A stretch of 58,549 bases of DNA, counting the filler, from Dugesia japonica (lineage: Eukaryota): assembly GCA_001938525.1 (NCBI GenBank). It is 4 parts of 4 records of this genome, joined end to end, with 100 filler letters (N's around TTAATTAATTAA, not from the genome) between each part and the next. Parts side by side here need not be neighbours in the genome. Positions count along the whole stretch, not along the records: positions 10,227 to 20,084 come from MQRL01636086.1; positions 20,185 to 39,708 come from MQRL01609821.1; 2 more parts are not named here. One strand, 5' to 3'. A model generated the notes under the pieces. It saw only the letters and a list, made by a program, of their open reading frames with translations. It was not told the origin of the DNA and ran no database searches. This document shows, one piece after another, positions 13,193-27,368 of this stretch. Each line of letters opens with the position of its first letter. Position 1 is the first letter of the stretch. Position numbers and translations under genes: made by a program.

Positions 13193-14900
13193 CTCCTTAC
13201 TGCATAATTTTTTTTTCAAGAAAAAAAATTACAGAAAAAAATTAGTTATAATAAGAACATAAACAATGTTAAAAAGTATTTATTGATTTATTTTTGAAAA
13301 AAGTGGATCCTTATAACCTGTGCCATATATGGCACAATATGCATTTTATACCTTAAGATTTATACGGTATGAAACTTATAAAAACAGTTTCGGTCTTTGT
13401 TCATACATAAAAAGACACCACACTTTGCACATTTAATGAAAATTTTACCACCACAAAGATATTGGCACCGTTGCCTTTCTTTGTACCATATTGGTAGATG
13501 ATGATACCTGTCTGCTCGAACTTCCTCCATTGGAAAGTCATATGGTGGTCATCTTCTAGATACATTCACTTTAATGTGATCAAGACTGGCTCAACCTCTT
13601 TTTCTTGAAAGAATCTCGGGAGGTTTATTCACCTTGTATAAAACATTAAGCAATGGCGATTTCGAATTCGACCACCCCTAATTCACCCAAAGTGCCACCA
13701 TTTCTTCTGTAAAAAATCCAGGCATTCACCACCATCAAATCCAATAAATGAAAAAATTAACGAATATACCACTTTTTCAATCTCATCTTTATGCGGTAAT
13801 ATCCTAAAATGGAATCGAGGAGGTCTACACCTCCAATATATTTATTATAAACCTTTATCGCATTTGGACATGAAATCATTATATAAGTTTGATATTTTTT
13901 TCAGAAACGCTTTATTTCATCTATCGGAGTACTTCAAACATATGTAGACATCATGTTCACTACTTTATTGTCATACCAAGATATTACAGATATCATCAAC
14001 GGTGGAAACTTTTTCTAGTCTAGCTCCACGACCATTCTTTTTCAGTTCCGATTCCTTGAGCATATTACAATTCATCACTCTATTTATTCTAACGGTTCCA
14101 AGAGGTAACAAACCCCGCTTTGTTGGAAAATTTGTAACGGAACACTATTGAACCAATTATCAAAAAATAACTTATAATTGTCATGTCTTGGCACCGACTC
14201 TGTCAATCAAAGTACTACATTGGAGCTCATGTCTAAGTCAGGAAAACCATCAGAAATTTTATTTTTCTGACCTTCTGCAAAAATTTCATAATCATGAAAA
14301 TCCGCTTACACCACTAAGGACTAATGCTTTGTATCCTCATTAATGGTGTTTTTTGGAATTGTATTGTTTGATTGTATAACGAGCTTTTGTAGGAATTATT
14401 TGTTCATTTATGGCTAGATATTCTTCTTTAGGGACTTTCAGTAATTGTTGACGAAATTTAAAAAGGCTCGAATTTTGTACAATTTGTCATTCCCTGGAAT
14501 ACCTGCTTGAATATCATCATCATTATTAAAAAAGTACATAAATCTTTTGATTTTTTCCCACCTATTACAGAACATCACCTCTGATACTAAACGATAGTTG
14601 AGATTTATATTCTAGTAATTTCTAACATTAGGCAATTGTACAATAGACATGTATAAACAGGTACTTATAAACTGTTCTAACTCTTGTTTATTGAGCATTA
14701 TCGAATTATCTGGTCTTTTTTGTGTTGAGTACAAGATAGACTCGGAAACGATTTCACTCACAATTTCTTCCGTCTGAAAGAATTTGAACAAACTATAAGG
14801 ATAATCTAATTCTTTCAATTCAGTCGTGAGATCTGAATTGCCAAGAAATTTTAAAAAATGTGGTTATAACGAGAATTGAATTCTTCATTTTTTAAAGAAT
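13193..14900 (-). mobile_element. piggyBac (PGBD3-like) transposon remnant
   Basis: ORF 14612-14818 (PYSLFKFF..EEIVSEIVSESILYS..ELEQFI..LYMSIVQLP), AINEQIIPTK, GGVDLLDS and a C-terminal Cys-rich domain (KCAKCGVFLCMNKDRNCFYKFH); TTAA at 13189-13192 precedes a TIR-like CTCCTT. The 5' end is approximate. Confidence 0.85.
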
Positions 14901-15999
14901 TAGTTAAGTAAATTAAAGTAAACTCATTATCGTGATGCAGCAAAACGTGATTTCTCTTTCATTTTCGTGAATAAGTTTTTGATCACATATTTGTCATCAT
15001 ATACTGTCTTGTCTTAAATTGTAATACACCTGCCTCTTCTATTTCGAAGAATATATTGGTGTCAAACAGGGTTTTCAAGCTTGTTGCTTATCAAGAATAA
15101 AAACAGAAGTAAATTTTTCCAGAAAGACGATCTTCGTTGAGCTCTTGCAAACACTGACCCGCAAATTTCTATTCTGGCGAGGACGAAGCGAGCACAGCCG
15201 TAACACTGATACTATTTTAAAAGTTAAATTTTATGTAATTTAATAAGGATTTAATAATTTACCATTTTAGATAAAAGCAATATAAATACATTTAATGTGA
15301 ACCAAAACTGAATTTACTATATAAATATTTTACCTAATTTGAGTGGTTTTATGCAAATACAGTGACAAATTAAAATGGATTTTATGAAAACATGTAATAA
15401 TTTAATGATTTTAAATTATTTTATACGTTAAATTTTTGTAAATAATTAAATAAAAATTTTTTATTTTGATGAAATAATTCATTATTTTAGATAAAGCTAT
15501 ATGAACACGTTTAATACGAACTGAATTGAATAATGAAATATACCAAATTTAAATGGTTTTGTATAAATAATGTGATAAATTTAAATGGTTGTTATGCAAA
15601 TAATAAGTCAAATTTTACTGTGTTTAATGAAAATATTGTGACAAATAAAATTATTATGAAAACATGTTAGAATTTATTGATTATAATTTTAAATTTCGAT
15701 TAATAAATATGATTCAGATTCAATAATATCAATGTCTAAGATCTAATATCTAATTTATTTGAAAGTATTTAATTTAGTAATCACTTGAAAAAAACAATCA
15801 AATCGTGCTTTAATCAGATTTATTTCAATTATATATAATGTGAATAAATATTTTTATTATGATTGGTCTTTTAACTATACACTTCATACCATAAAAAACC
15901 CAATTTGTTAAAAATACTTAAAACAGTAATAAAATAGGCAATTAACAAAGTTTATCGCGAATGTGTTACATTGAGAGTTAATCCTTTCTGCCTTATAAT

Positions 16000-16953
16000 C
16001 TCCATTACTATTTCTGATTTGCTTTCAAAAAGAGAAGTTAGTTTCAGGTTTAGTTGACCAAAAAGTTTCTTGTAATGATAACCCCAGTTCTTAAAATTTT
16101 GAAATTTATTCCTAAAACATCGCTTATTTAGGGAAATGAAAAATCTGAGGTCTTTAGTTTTTAAATCTGGAGACTGCTCAGGCTGGTTAATGATGGTAAT
16201 TCTGGGAACAAGTCTATCTCCGAAGTCATTGAAACGTTCAACATTATTCTTTCACATGCCGCGATGGCGAGCATTGTACATGTGAATAATCACATTCTGA
16301 CACCACTGCATTTTTATACTGATTGCTGGTATAATTTCATTAGACTTCTGGTCGTTAAAATTATCTATCGTTATTAGGCAATCATCTTTGTAGATATGAC
16401 CCTTATTATGATTTTTAAAAGAACGCAGGGCTTTGACATGTTTCTGAATCCTCTAAATAACGATCAATCCATTAAAGGTATTTCCCATATCAGGCCTAGC
16501 AATAACTGAATGTATCATGATTTTTGTTGGATTACCTTTACTGAGTAATGGCTGATTTTTTCACAGACTGTTATCATAATATCGTTGTCAATGGAGAGGA
16601 TACAACTCGAACGACTTCTCATGAAGTCGTATTGAAGTCGTATTCCATTGAGTATTCCATCTTGAATATTCCATTGATAATAAAGATCGGCGTTCATGAT
16701 TAGCTTTGACAACTCGTTGTCGTCTATCAGCATATCCTTCGATATTCTTTTTTCCTGAANCACTTCCTACATTATCATGTGTACCTCTTTCAAACAATAG
16801 TGGTCTTAATTCATAGGCATAATCTTTATTGACATGGAATGCGTCGCATAAATTTTCTACTGTTTCATATTCTGACTGTACTTTGCTAATTTTCATAAGA
16901 ATTCTCTCATAGTGAATTAGCAATAATATTTTTTCATCATTTGATAGAGCCAT
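16000..16953 (-). mobile_element. Highly degraded Tc1/mariner-superfamily transposase (rosa/DD41D- or DD39D-like)
   Basis: N-terminus MALSNDEKILLLIHY...KVQSEY; C-terminal FGDRLVPR...QPEQSPDLKTKDLRFF resembles the SPDLxxxD catalytic motif. Confidence 0.45.
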
Positions 16954-18574
16954 AGTATCTAAACAATATTCTTTCAGCTAAACAAATAAGAATTAAAAAC
17001 TTTTATTAAATGTTGGATTGTTAACATTAAATAAATAAATCAGGGTTTTTTAGATATGGAGTATATTATTGTTAATATTGTTCGAGGGAACTGCTTATAT
17101 TAACATTACTTGGTGCGCAACTAATGTTAATATTGCTCNNNNNNNNNNNNNNNNNNNNNNNNNNNNNNNNNNNNNNNNNNNNNNNNNNNNNNNNNNNNNG
17201 CTGCTTCTTAGCAACTGTGAAATTTGGTTAATTTAAACAAAATTCTATTGATTTAAATTAAAATTTTAACGTACGTCAATTTAAACAAAAATGTTAAAAA
17301 TCAGTTATTTTAAACAATCATAAATTCCTCTTAATTTAAACAAATCATTAATCTCACTTCATTTAAACAAGGAATTAAATTTCCGGTGTTTTGCGTGATT
17401 GTTACGTAATATCATATTATTTGAATCAACATACATCGGTTACGTAGTAAAAGGTGTAAAATTTCAACACTTTATATTACCATGTAATCGGCTAATTTCA
17501 ATTTGATTGGCTGGCCCGGGGAAGAGTGGTCTAATTCTGCTTTATCTATCTATTAACACTTTAATATTTTCCTGTTGAATTTTTTAATTTGATATTTTTA
17601 TTTTCCATATAATCTCGATGCCTTGTAACCACCTGCAAAATGCTATTTTTGATGGCCAACTGTATTTGTGTCGTCTCCAGTTCCGCCTTCAACTCGAGTA
17701 TTACCAACTCATGTCGTTCTTAACAACTCGTCGATGTGCGGTCAATTGAACTCCTCCAACTTCAATATTACGTATTCCTGATTTAGGCTATTTATCTAAG
17801 ATTAATGGAAATTAATTTTTTAAATCATTATTCAACGCTTTAGTAAAATGTCAGCATAATTAACTAGACAAAATAACCAATATAAACCACTCGTTTCTTC
17901 TGTCTTCAGCCTGTCATGTTTTCGTCCCCACTCCTGGATTACGAACCAGGGAAGATAGCAGCGATAAACCACTATTGTTCCTCGTCCCGAATTGCTCTCT
18001 TACCAATTTCCATATCAATTGAATTCGTACCAGATTTTTAATAAATAATTTGATAAATCAATTTACGGTGTTAAAGTTAATTTTTTATCACATCGTATAT
18101 TAACTATGAAATCTAAATTCATTAAATATTTAACTCCAGAAAAATAAAAACAGTAATTATAATAATTCCATTCAAATTTCCGAATATTGAAAATAACAAG
18201 TTGTTAAATAATACAGATCGTAAAGAAATACTTTCATCTATCCGTAGTCATGATAATCAAGCTCCCGAAAATACACTCATTCCACTATTTCCCCGGTCAC
18301 TATTTTCTCGAAATTCTCGAAATTTATTTAATCATAGTCATTTTTATGCAATCTCAAGCTACCATCTTGCTTTTATTGAACTTCAAATTTCACAAACTCG
18401 ATTCTATTTAATGATATTAACTTTCTCTCGTCTACATAATCTATCAGCAATAAACCTCTCCTGGGTCCATTTGGCTTTCAATATTACTTTTCTTTCAATC
18501 CCATCTTCCTTTTATCTGCATCGATGGGATTACATTAGCTACATTAATTTTCTCAAACTCAGTCTTCGACAACG

Positions 18575-18695
18575 GTGATATCATTTTCTCGGACAATATT
18601 TTTACATTGGTGATCTCATTTTCTCGAACAATCTTTTGCATTTTTGGTATTAATTTTCTCGAACAATATTATTACATTTGTATCTCATCTATCTT
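18575..18695. repeat. Short tandem repeat, about 34-bp unit x3
   Basis: Unit GGTGATATCATTTTCTCGGACAATATTTTTACATT repeated with variants. Confidence 0.7.
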
Positions 18696-21600
18696 GGAAA
18701 CCCGATCATCTGACTCCTTGGGGCACACTCGAATCATAAGAATCGTTGCATTAAATTATAGTTGCTATTAATAATAAAATTTACTTTTTATATAACTCAA
18801 ATTTCTCCGTAAATAGAATATTATTAGTTGCGATAAAAATGGTTTAAGAAGTGTTTTTAAAAAAGTTTTGAAAAAATGGTTTTCAATAAATTTTTTAAGA
18901 GTGTTCATTTTTTTCGTGCATATAATTTTTATTCCGTTTCTCCAATCAGAGATTGGGGCCAATCATCCTCGAGTTTTTCCGAAGCCGGGCTTCTTATTGG
19001 GTGACGCCTTACCACTACTCGGCGTGCGCCTCTTTTCTCTTTCTCTCTTGGATAGCCATTTTATACGCTCACCAACTCGTTTTTTTTGATGTCACTCAGT
19101 TTTCAGCTGGTCACTTTCTGTGACCTCTGACGATCCTACTGGTTTCGATTATTTGTCTGGGTTAAGGTGAGTAACTTGTTTTGTTACTAATTCTGGATTT
19201 TATTCTCCCTAACCAGACAATAACTGATGACTGGACCAGATGATTTTGCTTCAATTAAAACTATAATAATAATATCAATTTAGCGTTCTTNTAAGAAAGA
19301 AATAGGCTCGTAGAGACCCCTTTAATATAATATTATAGTATGGCATATTATTTTTATTATTTATTAAAACATTATTGTCTTATTTCTTGAAAAATTTGTT
19401 TTCAACTTCCAAATTAGGGTCCTCTACGCCCAATTTTCGTTTTTCTGTATTTTCATAATTCTGTAATAATAATAATTTCATAATAATAATAATTATAATA
19501 ATCAACTTTCTTAATTTACTTTCTTACATTTCTTAATTTTCTGCTCGTTTTTCGTGTTTTTTATTTATTTGATAGGAAATTTTTAACTCTTTATTACTCA
19601 AATTATTTAAGCGTTCTAGCCCAACAATGGTCTCATTTTATTTTGATGCAGGTGGATAATTTTCATGTACAGTATGAAAGTGTCTTTCTATTTTGCCTCT
19701 TAAGAATTGATACTTGAAGTACTAATAATACAAATATATTTTTCATTGGCTGTAGTGAAAAATAATTCCTTTCCATTCTTTATAATAGTGAAGTATTTTT
19801 GCAAACTTGTTGGAATGACTCATTTTGGCAAGTAAAAACTCAAAATATAAATTTATAATCGATTGTATTTCTATATCAACTACATTCAATTTTATAGGAA
19901 TTTAGGGACAGAAATTATTTTCTTGATATTTTATCATATATCTCTGTTAGAAGATTCGCTAATAATCAGAAGATATTGTCGAAGGTTGACTTATGTTACT
20001 TTCACATTAAACATGTGGGACCCAAACACGGAACTTCTGAACTTTCTCATCGACTAAAGTTGACTGTTTATGGTGATATTACTGNNNNNNNNNNNNNNNN
20101 NNNNNNNNNNNNNNNNNNNNNNNNNNNNTTAATTAATTAANNNNNNNNNNNNNNNNNNNNNNNNNNNNNNNNNNNNNNNNNNNNTCTTTATGAATTTGAT
20201 GTTTAGTGTGTATGATTAGCATATATAAACGAATGTAATTTTGCAAAAATTTGCCAAACTGGTCGAAGATTTTATCTTTTAAAAATTGGTGTATTTTTGT
20301 TTAAAATAAAACTTTGTAGACGCACTTAAATTTAACTTTGTGGAGTCAGCGGAACCCAACATATATATAACTATTATCATTATATTAGTTCGGTGCATCA
20401 AACCATATATCTCAAGACCAAAGCATTTTATGACCAAGCTACTATAGGTAATGTATAGGTAGTATTTTATTTCCTATCGAATTATGCCAAAATCGACTTG
20501 ATTCCATCAAAAAATGGAGGCTGGGCAAGTTATCAATCTTACATCCTTAATAACTGTCCACCGTCACACTTGGTTGATTCGAGTTTATAGAATAAATCTT
20601 TCTGGTTCTTGTACGTTGGCGAAACGAATCAATTTAATTTTAATATTAAAAATTTCATTTATTTGATCACATTTCTCAGTCATGTAATACTCGGTTAATG
20701 CTTTACATAGCAAATGATTGTAGATTAAATTATTATAATTATTGAATCCCCAAACTAAAAATTTTAAGAATTTAAGAATTTAAAATTATTCAATGAACTG
20801 ATCTCTATCTAACCACGTTACTTGCCGGGTGAATAAGTTTTTATAGATCACCGAATAGTATAAGAATGACTAGAACATTAAATTCAGACTCCTAGTGAAA
20901 CCTTTGAGAATCAAATCACTATTTAAGAAATTCCCCTAACATAAGTCAAAAATTTAAATTCAACTATAAACCGAAGTTTGAATTTCAAACTATAAATGGG
21001 ATATCTATTTCCAACTTTATGTTTAACAGCTCGATATCCAATTTGGATATCTAAGTTTATGACAATGAATTAAATATGGTTTAACCCATTTATAAAATCA
21101 GCTTCCATTCAATAAATATCCGTTAATTTATGATTTAACATTGAGCTCAATCAATTTAGACGTTCTGTTTACATTAAATGAAGTTAATTTATGCATGATC
21201 TAAAATAGCTCTGTGTATTTTGATAATATCTTAACTCTTAGGGCGATCACTACTACCCAACCGAAGAATCAATCATAGTAATAGCCACTATAAATTAAGT
21301 CAAATACCATCAGATCTCGAAATGCTAATTAATTTTTTTAAAAACATTTCAAATCTCATTGTTGATCATTTTGTTAAGGTAACCACGAGAACCTATTTTT
21401 CGGATTTATGTGTTTGACATTACTAGTATTAATTAAAACGATCAGATAATTTAAAGTTAATATCAATGACTGGTAGTTTGGTGTCGGGTAATGTCAAATT
21501 AATATTTTACTAGAGAATTAACAAACTACCTACAGGCTTAGGTTATAAGATATCGGAGGGCTGACGTTTGACCTAGTTAATATATAGGCGTAGTACCGCA

Positions 21601-21781
21601 TCTCAATATTAGATCACACTTCAGGATTCAGTAGGTGAGTAGAATTGAGAATCATAAAATCTAATCTAATCAAATAATGATGAATGAACATAATAAAATG
21701 ACAAAAATGTGCGGTCAGATTTGAGCAAAATAAAATGGGAATAACATCGACCAAATGACTTTAAAAGGGGCAGCAATTTAA

Positions 21782-23060
21782 CTCTTTGAGGCATGGTGGA
21801 GTTAAGTGCCCAACTTTTTTGATGCGTCAATATACACAGAGGGACATTTTTGTACCACCTCGAAAAATTGCAAGTGCTACATGCATACAGGTTTAAACGT
21901 AATCCCACCTATTAAAAAAGCTAGTAAATTTACTGTAATGTGTCAAATTGGTATTTGTTGGAGTGTTCAACTTTAAACTAGTCATTACATGATCATCAAC
22001 CGCAGAAATTCACCGCATTTTTATGCGTTATTTGTTGTTAGTAAAGGTAAATTAATTTTTATTATATATTACTTCAATATAAGCTTATACAAAGTTAAAT
22101 ATTTAAAATAACTTAAATGTTTTATTTTTTTCATAAACCATGAAAGTACGGTGGGATTTTTTCTATCCAAACATGCAATAAAAATGTTTATTTATAAAAT
22201 TATATGTGCAAATGAATACATCATTTATTATCCTTTAGATTTAAAATGACGAGCAAAAATGAAGATGAAGTCCTTCTTGGAGAAATTCCTTCAGATCAAG
22301 AATCTATCTAATGGAAAAATAAGTCTTTGAGTATATGATTTAAGGACTTCCTATAGTTCTTATAGGATTTTATAATGATTTTATCACCAAGACATATAAA
22401 TGTAAATGAAAGAACTATAAAATGGATTAATAACGGATATTCAATTCAAGTAAGAGTATTTTCTTCCCATTTTGGTCGACGTCATTTCATCACGGATCTC
22501 ACAAGTCCATCTGCATATGATTTATGTTGTCAATTTATTACTAATGACATTTTTACCGCCATTGTATTCCAAAGAAATTTGTATGCAGAACAACAAGCCA
22601 ATAAATACACCTTAACTAATGCAAAACAGATTAGAAAATTTTTTGGAATCAATTTTATAATCGAAATCAGTAAACTCCTAAGTTATAGAGACCACTGGAG
22701 CACTGTGCCATATTTACAAAATGAATATATCTGTCGATTAATGAAGGCAAATCGTTTCGGATGACTTCTGAGTCATATTCATTTGAATGATAATATTTTG
22801 GTTCCAATCAGAGCAAGTCTTAGTTATGACAAACTCTAAAAGGTCCGTCCATTTTTGGATAAGATTCAAGAAAATTTCAAAAAAAATTTTAATTCAGGAC
22901 TGAGCCTGGCAATAGATGAATTTATGATTAAATTTAATTGGTGCAGCACACTAAAACAGTATCTTCCAAAAATACATATACAAAGAGGATATGGATGCTA
23001 GCAGATAAATCTGGTTATTGCTACAGATTTAATTTTATATAGGCAAAATTGGCAGTACGT
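21782..23060 (+). mobile_element. piggyBac 5' fragment, truncated transposase pseudogene
   Basis: ORF 22375-22764 (IVFQRNLYAEQ, KFFGIN, SYRDHWST, NRFG) continues as IHLNDN, YDKL*KVRPFLD, LAIDEFMIKF, LKQYLPK. TTAA-CTCTTTGAGGCAT at 21778 is a candidate 5' end. Confidence 0.8.
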
Positions 23061-23967
23061 GACGTTTTGGCGCTAATAAATATAACTTCATATTTCGATA
23101 AAGACAATGATTATTTTTAATAAAGCAAATGCAAAATAAATATATTATATAAAAGTTTTTGAAAAGTATTTCATGAATACTATCAAACGAGTTAACCTTT
23201 CGTATGTTTACATAGAGTCAATCAGTTCACGAATACATCAAAACATTACGTATTATGTATTACTCCGAGATACATAATATTAGAACTGGAATAGGAAATT
23301 ATGGCTTAGGCCCCTTTAAAAGCATGAGAAATGCTACATAGACCATAAAAACAGCATGTAAATCATAATATATAAAATTTTCAACATCTGCTAATGTGTA
23401 AAACAAAAGTTGCGAAATTACCTACTAATTTATATAATATAGAGTCAGATACCTGACACCTGTTCAAATTTACATTTGCTTTATTAAAAATAATCTGTCT
23501 TTATCGAAATGTATGTTGGGCTAGAATACATTATTATATTATAATTATTATTATTTTATTTTATTACTTTATATTATTAATTTTTATTATCATTATTATA
23601 AATTTTAATTAATTAGCACAAAACTGTGCTAATTAATTTGGTAAAAAATTGGATCACTTTGATCCTTTATTATTATTATTATTTATTATTATTAATTTTT
23701 TAAAATCGGGTCAATTCGATTCCGTTATTATTGTTATTATTATTATTATTATTATTATTTTATATGGACGAGGTCCATTATTTAGTTTATTATTGNNNNN
23801 NNNNNNNNNNNNNNNNNNNNNNNNNNNNNNNNNNNNNNNNNNNNNNNNNNNNNNNNNNNNNNNNNNNNNNNNNNNNNNNNNNNNNNNNNNNNGAAATTGA
23901 TGTGTGCAAATGTGTGCACAATGTGTTGCATCGTTCGGTATAAAATCGAACGATGCATTCACAAATG

Positions 23968-24126
23968 CATTAATTATTTTCAAAAAGGTGAAAATTTTAT
24001 TAAAAAAGAGATTCATTAATTACTTTCAAAAAGAGATTCATTAATTATTTTCAAAAAGGAGATTCAATTATTAATTTCAAAAAGCTGAAAAATTATATTG
24101 AAAGGAGATTCATTTGATTATTTTCA
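23968..24126. repeat. Minisatellite, about 26-bp unit TTAATTATTTTCAAAAAG(G)AGATTCA
   Basis: Several degenerate copies are visible. Confidence 0.7.
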
Positions 24127-24141
24127 AAAAAAAAAAACGTC

Positions 24142-24480
24142 TTGCTTCGCAAAATTGGTAACCAAGTCACAAAAAATCTGGAGGAGAAAATTTTGAATAC
24201 GTTTATTTCGGATCTAGATGGAAAAGAACACACCATTTATTCAAAACAATGTCAAAAATTAAAACTAAACTATACAATCACACACGTCAACGAGTGGTGT
24301 AAAACATGCGAAACTTGTTTAACTAGGAAAAACACTGGCAGTAAAATAAAGGTACCTTTAAAACTTATGCCGGTACAATTGGCACCATTCAAAATGGCCA
24401 CAATGGATATTATTTGTCTTTTAAATACTAAATTATCAGTCAGTAAAATAAATATTTTAACTATAACTTATACCTTATTG
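24142..24480 (+). mobile_element. Ty3/gypsy integrase fragment (zinc-binding CxxC and start of catalytic core)
   Basis: HVNEWCKTCETCLTRK...PLKLMPVQLAPFKMATMDII matches the gypsy integrase pattern CxxC...PL..P..PF....DI. Confidence 0.7.
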
Positions 24481-25632
24481 CGCGGTTTCGTTATTAAAAA
24501 TATAAGTTTCAACATTAGAAAATAATGGTTCATCATTGGAAAACTATGGACTAATTATAAAAATTACAAGTTTTATCATTGAAAAATATGAGTTTGGACA
24601 TAGAAAATATTTAATAGAGTAAATCTAATCACTAATGATATCACATTTATTCTATACATAATCATTTAATATGCTTAATTAGTCTATTTTCGTTTCTTTT
24701 TGCATATTTTCCCACCATTCCCGCATACTTTAGTCATTTACTTTATATATTCCTGATTTAACCCTATTTAGCCTTATTTAGCAATGTTTTTCCTTATTTT
24801 CTACCATTTTCCGTCATTTAACATTATTTAGCTATGTAATTTTTTCTAATTTCTATTGAATCTTAATATTTAAAGAGTAACATTTAGAGATAAAAGAAGA
24901 TAATAAGACTGAGTGATAGTGAGTAAGAGTTGATATGACATGCTTCTTATTTAAAATAATATAACTATTTCACTATATTTTAATCGTTTGGTTATCCTTA
25001 TACTTCTTTGCTTACTCCTTGGTTCCCTGCGTCCACCTTGGCAACCCTGTTTGTACTTCGGGTTTTCGTGGGTTTATTTTTATTTAAATACATTATTATC
25101 AGTAAAGTTGTTAGAAAATATGAGTTCAACATAGAAAATACGGTCTTATTATTAAAAGTACTTGATTCGTCATTAAAAATATTGATCTCAACATTGAAAG
25201 TATAGGTTTAATGGAAAATACNNNNNNNNNNNNNNNNNNNNNNNNNNNNNNNNNNNNNNNNNNNNNNNNNNNNNNNNNNNNNNNNNNNNNNNNNNNNNNN
25301 NNNNNNAAAATATGGAATTTATCATGAAAATACTGGTTTTAACAAGAAAATATGAGTTTTATAATGAAACTATTGGTTTTATCATTGAATATAAGACAAT
25401 TAAACCATATTTATTCAATAAAACAATTGTTGTAAGTAGTATCTACTATATTATAATTTATTATTTAGAAAAACATTTTGACAAATAAATAATACTTATT
25501 CAATTATTTCTTATCAAAGTTAGATTTTACTTTATTCTTTAATATGTTTCATTGTATTAAGTTAGAAAAAATGAACAAGAGTNGGAGGAAACTAATGTCA
25601 ATGATGACATGAAAAAGCGAGATGGTATTATC

Positions 25633-25961
25633 AAATTTACTGGAACTTTTCTAAAATTGATAGAAATTTACTAGAACTTTTTTCTAATCGTTGAAAAATT
25701 ACACAAACTTTTAAAACATTGTTGAAAGTTTACATGAACTTTTTTCAAACTAGTCAAAATTTACATGAACTTTTCTAAAATCACAAAATCCTATGTAAAA
25801 GAGCGGGAAAATAATTCTAAAATTTACTAGAACTTTTTAAAATCATTGAAAATTTACATAAATTTTTTTAAAACTAGTCAAAATTTTCCATAAACTTTTT
25901 AATCACCATTGAAAATTTCAGAAACTTTTCTAAAGTTAGTTAAAAATTACATAAACTTTTC
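25633..25961. repeat. Minisatellite, about 31-bp unit AAAATTTACWWGAACTTTTYTAAAAT...
   Basis: About 9 degenerate copies, ending just before the Polinton left flank. Confidence 0.8.
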
Positions 25962-25976
25962 TGTAATAATGACTCT

Positions 25977-26178
25977 AGTAATGTATAAATAACCAACTCT
26001 TAGCACTACCATTTTTACGATTTTTTTTTCAGTTTTTCTATGAAAAATACCCTATTTTAGATAAAAAATGAAAAAAATTAATAATTCAACATAAAAATTT
26101 CCTATGAAAAAATCGAAAAATTCGTCATAAAAAATTCTCTATGAAAATTCGGGCATGAAAAATTCCACAAAGTGCTAT
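25977..26178 (+). repeat. Polinton left TIR
   Basis: Reverse complement of 38395-38722 apart from the internal repeat copy number. Confidence 0.93.
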
Positions 26179-26215
26179 CAAAAAATTCGACATAGAAAAT
26201 TCCACAAAGTGCTAT

Positions 26216-27173
26216 TGTTGAGATAGATGTCTTTGGGATTTCGCAAAGGCAAATCAACGATTTTTACGTGAGCTCTATTATTTATATTTTTAGAGAAACG
26301 AAATCAAAGTTTTTACTTATAAATATTATTATATTCGTATGCCTATATCTTAATATGTTTAATATATAGAATTATATATTTATAAATAGACTATATAGTC
26401 TGCTTATATTAAAGAAAACAAAGTTTTACTTTTTTTTAAAATTATTTATTACCAATTACACGTTGTGATTTTGTTCTCTGAGTCTGTTACCTTAGGTATT
26501 AGACTTNNNNNNNNNNNNNNNNNNNNNNNNNNNNNNNNNNNNNNNNNNNNNNNNNNNNNNNNNNNNNNNNNNNNNNNNNNNNNNNNNNNNNNNNNNNNNN
26601 NNNNNNNNNNNAATAAACTGAAAAATTATAAAATTATTTATAATATTTACTTAAAAATAAAAATTTTCCATAAAAATATTCCTACATGATTAATTTAAAA
26701 TCCAAAATACAATATTCACATAAAAACTAAAATCGATTTTATTATCGAATTTTTTTTAAATAAACAATCCAAGTTGATTATTGTCGACTTTATTATCAAA
26801 TTCTTGAAATAAAAAATCCAAGTTGATCGAAATATAATATTTACATTAATCAAAAATTTTTACAACATTTAATATTAAAATCACTAAAGAAATAAAAANN
26901 NNNNNNNNNNNNNNNNNNNNNNNNNNNNNNNNNNNNNNNNNNNNNNNNNNNNNNNNNNNNNNNNNNNNNNNNNNNNNNNNNNNNNNNNNNNNNNNNNGAA
27001 TCATAATGTTAGAATCATAAATTCATTCAAATTGATCATAATTGTTGTGATGTCTAGTGGCTGTTTTGCTCTCAAATTGACTGCATTCCGATTGCTATTG
27101 TTTGTTATGTTTTAATGTCTGCTTATTGTATTTGTGTATGCTTGTTATATTTCAATTTGTGTCTTCCCCAACA
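26216..27173. mobile_element. Solo LTR (gypsy-type) inserted in the Polinton left subterminal repeat array
   Basis: Termini TGTTG...CAACA; 4-bp TSD CTAT at 26212-26215 and 27174-27177; removing it restores the AATTCCACAAAGTGCTATAAAAA repeat. Contains two N gaps. Confidence 0.8.
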
Positions 27174-27368
27174 CTATAAAAAAAATTCCACAAAGTGCTC
27201 TAAAAAAAATCCAACAAGTGCTATAAAAAAATACCCATGAAAAATTTTCAATTTTGAAATCCAACAAGTGCTAAAAAAAATTAAAAAAAGTGGTTAAAAA
27301 TAAAATTCCTCTTTAATCATATTTATAAAAAGGTTGTAAGGTGTCTTCTTAAAGTTTATCTTTATAAA

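Noticed and set aside
17925-17975. tRNA-like fragment on - (TAGTGGTT...CCTGGTTCGTAATCCAGG)
   Set aside because: No anticodon arm or acceptor stem; at most a decayed SINE head.
18201-19089. ORFs 18201-18578 and 18868-19089
   Set aside because: No recognisable motifs and TTG starts; probably non-coding or antisense to a decayed repeat.
5798-25049. Facing hAT-type ends CAGGGTTGCCAA / TTGGCAACCCTG suggesting a 19-kb element
   Set aside because: The flanking 8-mers (ATTTTATC vs TTTGTACT) do not match and two artificial joins intervene; these are independent fragments.
25633-25961. CRISPR-like appearance of the ~31-32-bp arrays (also 38953-39200)
   Set aside because: Head-to-tail degenerate units with no unique spacers, no cas genes, and a eukaryotic context.
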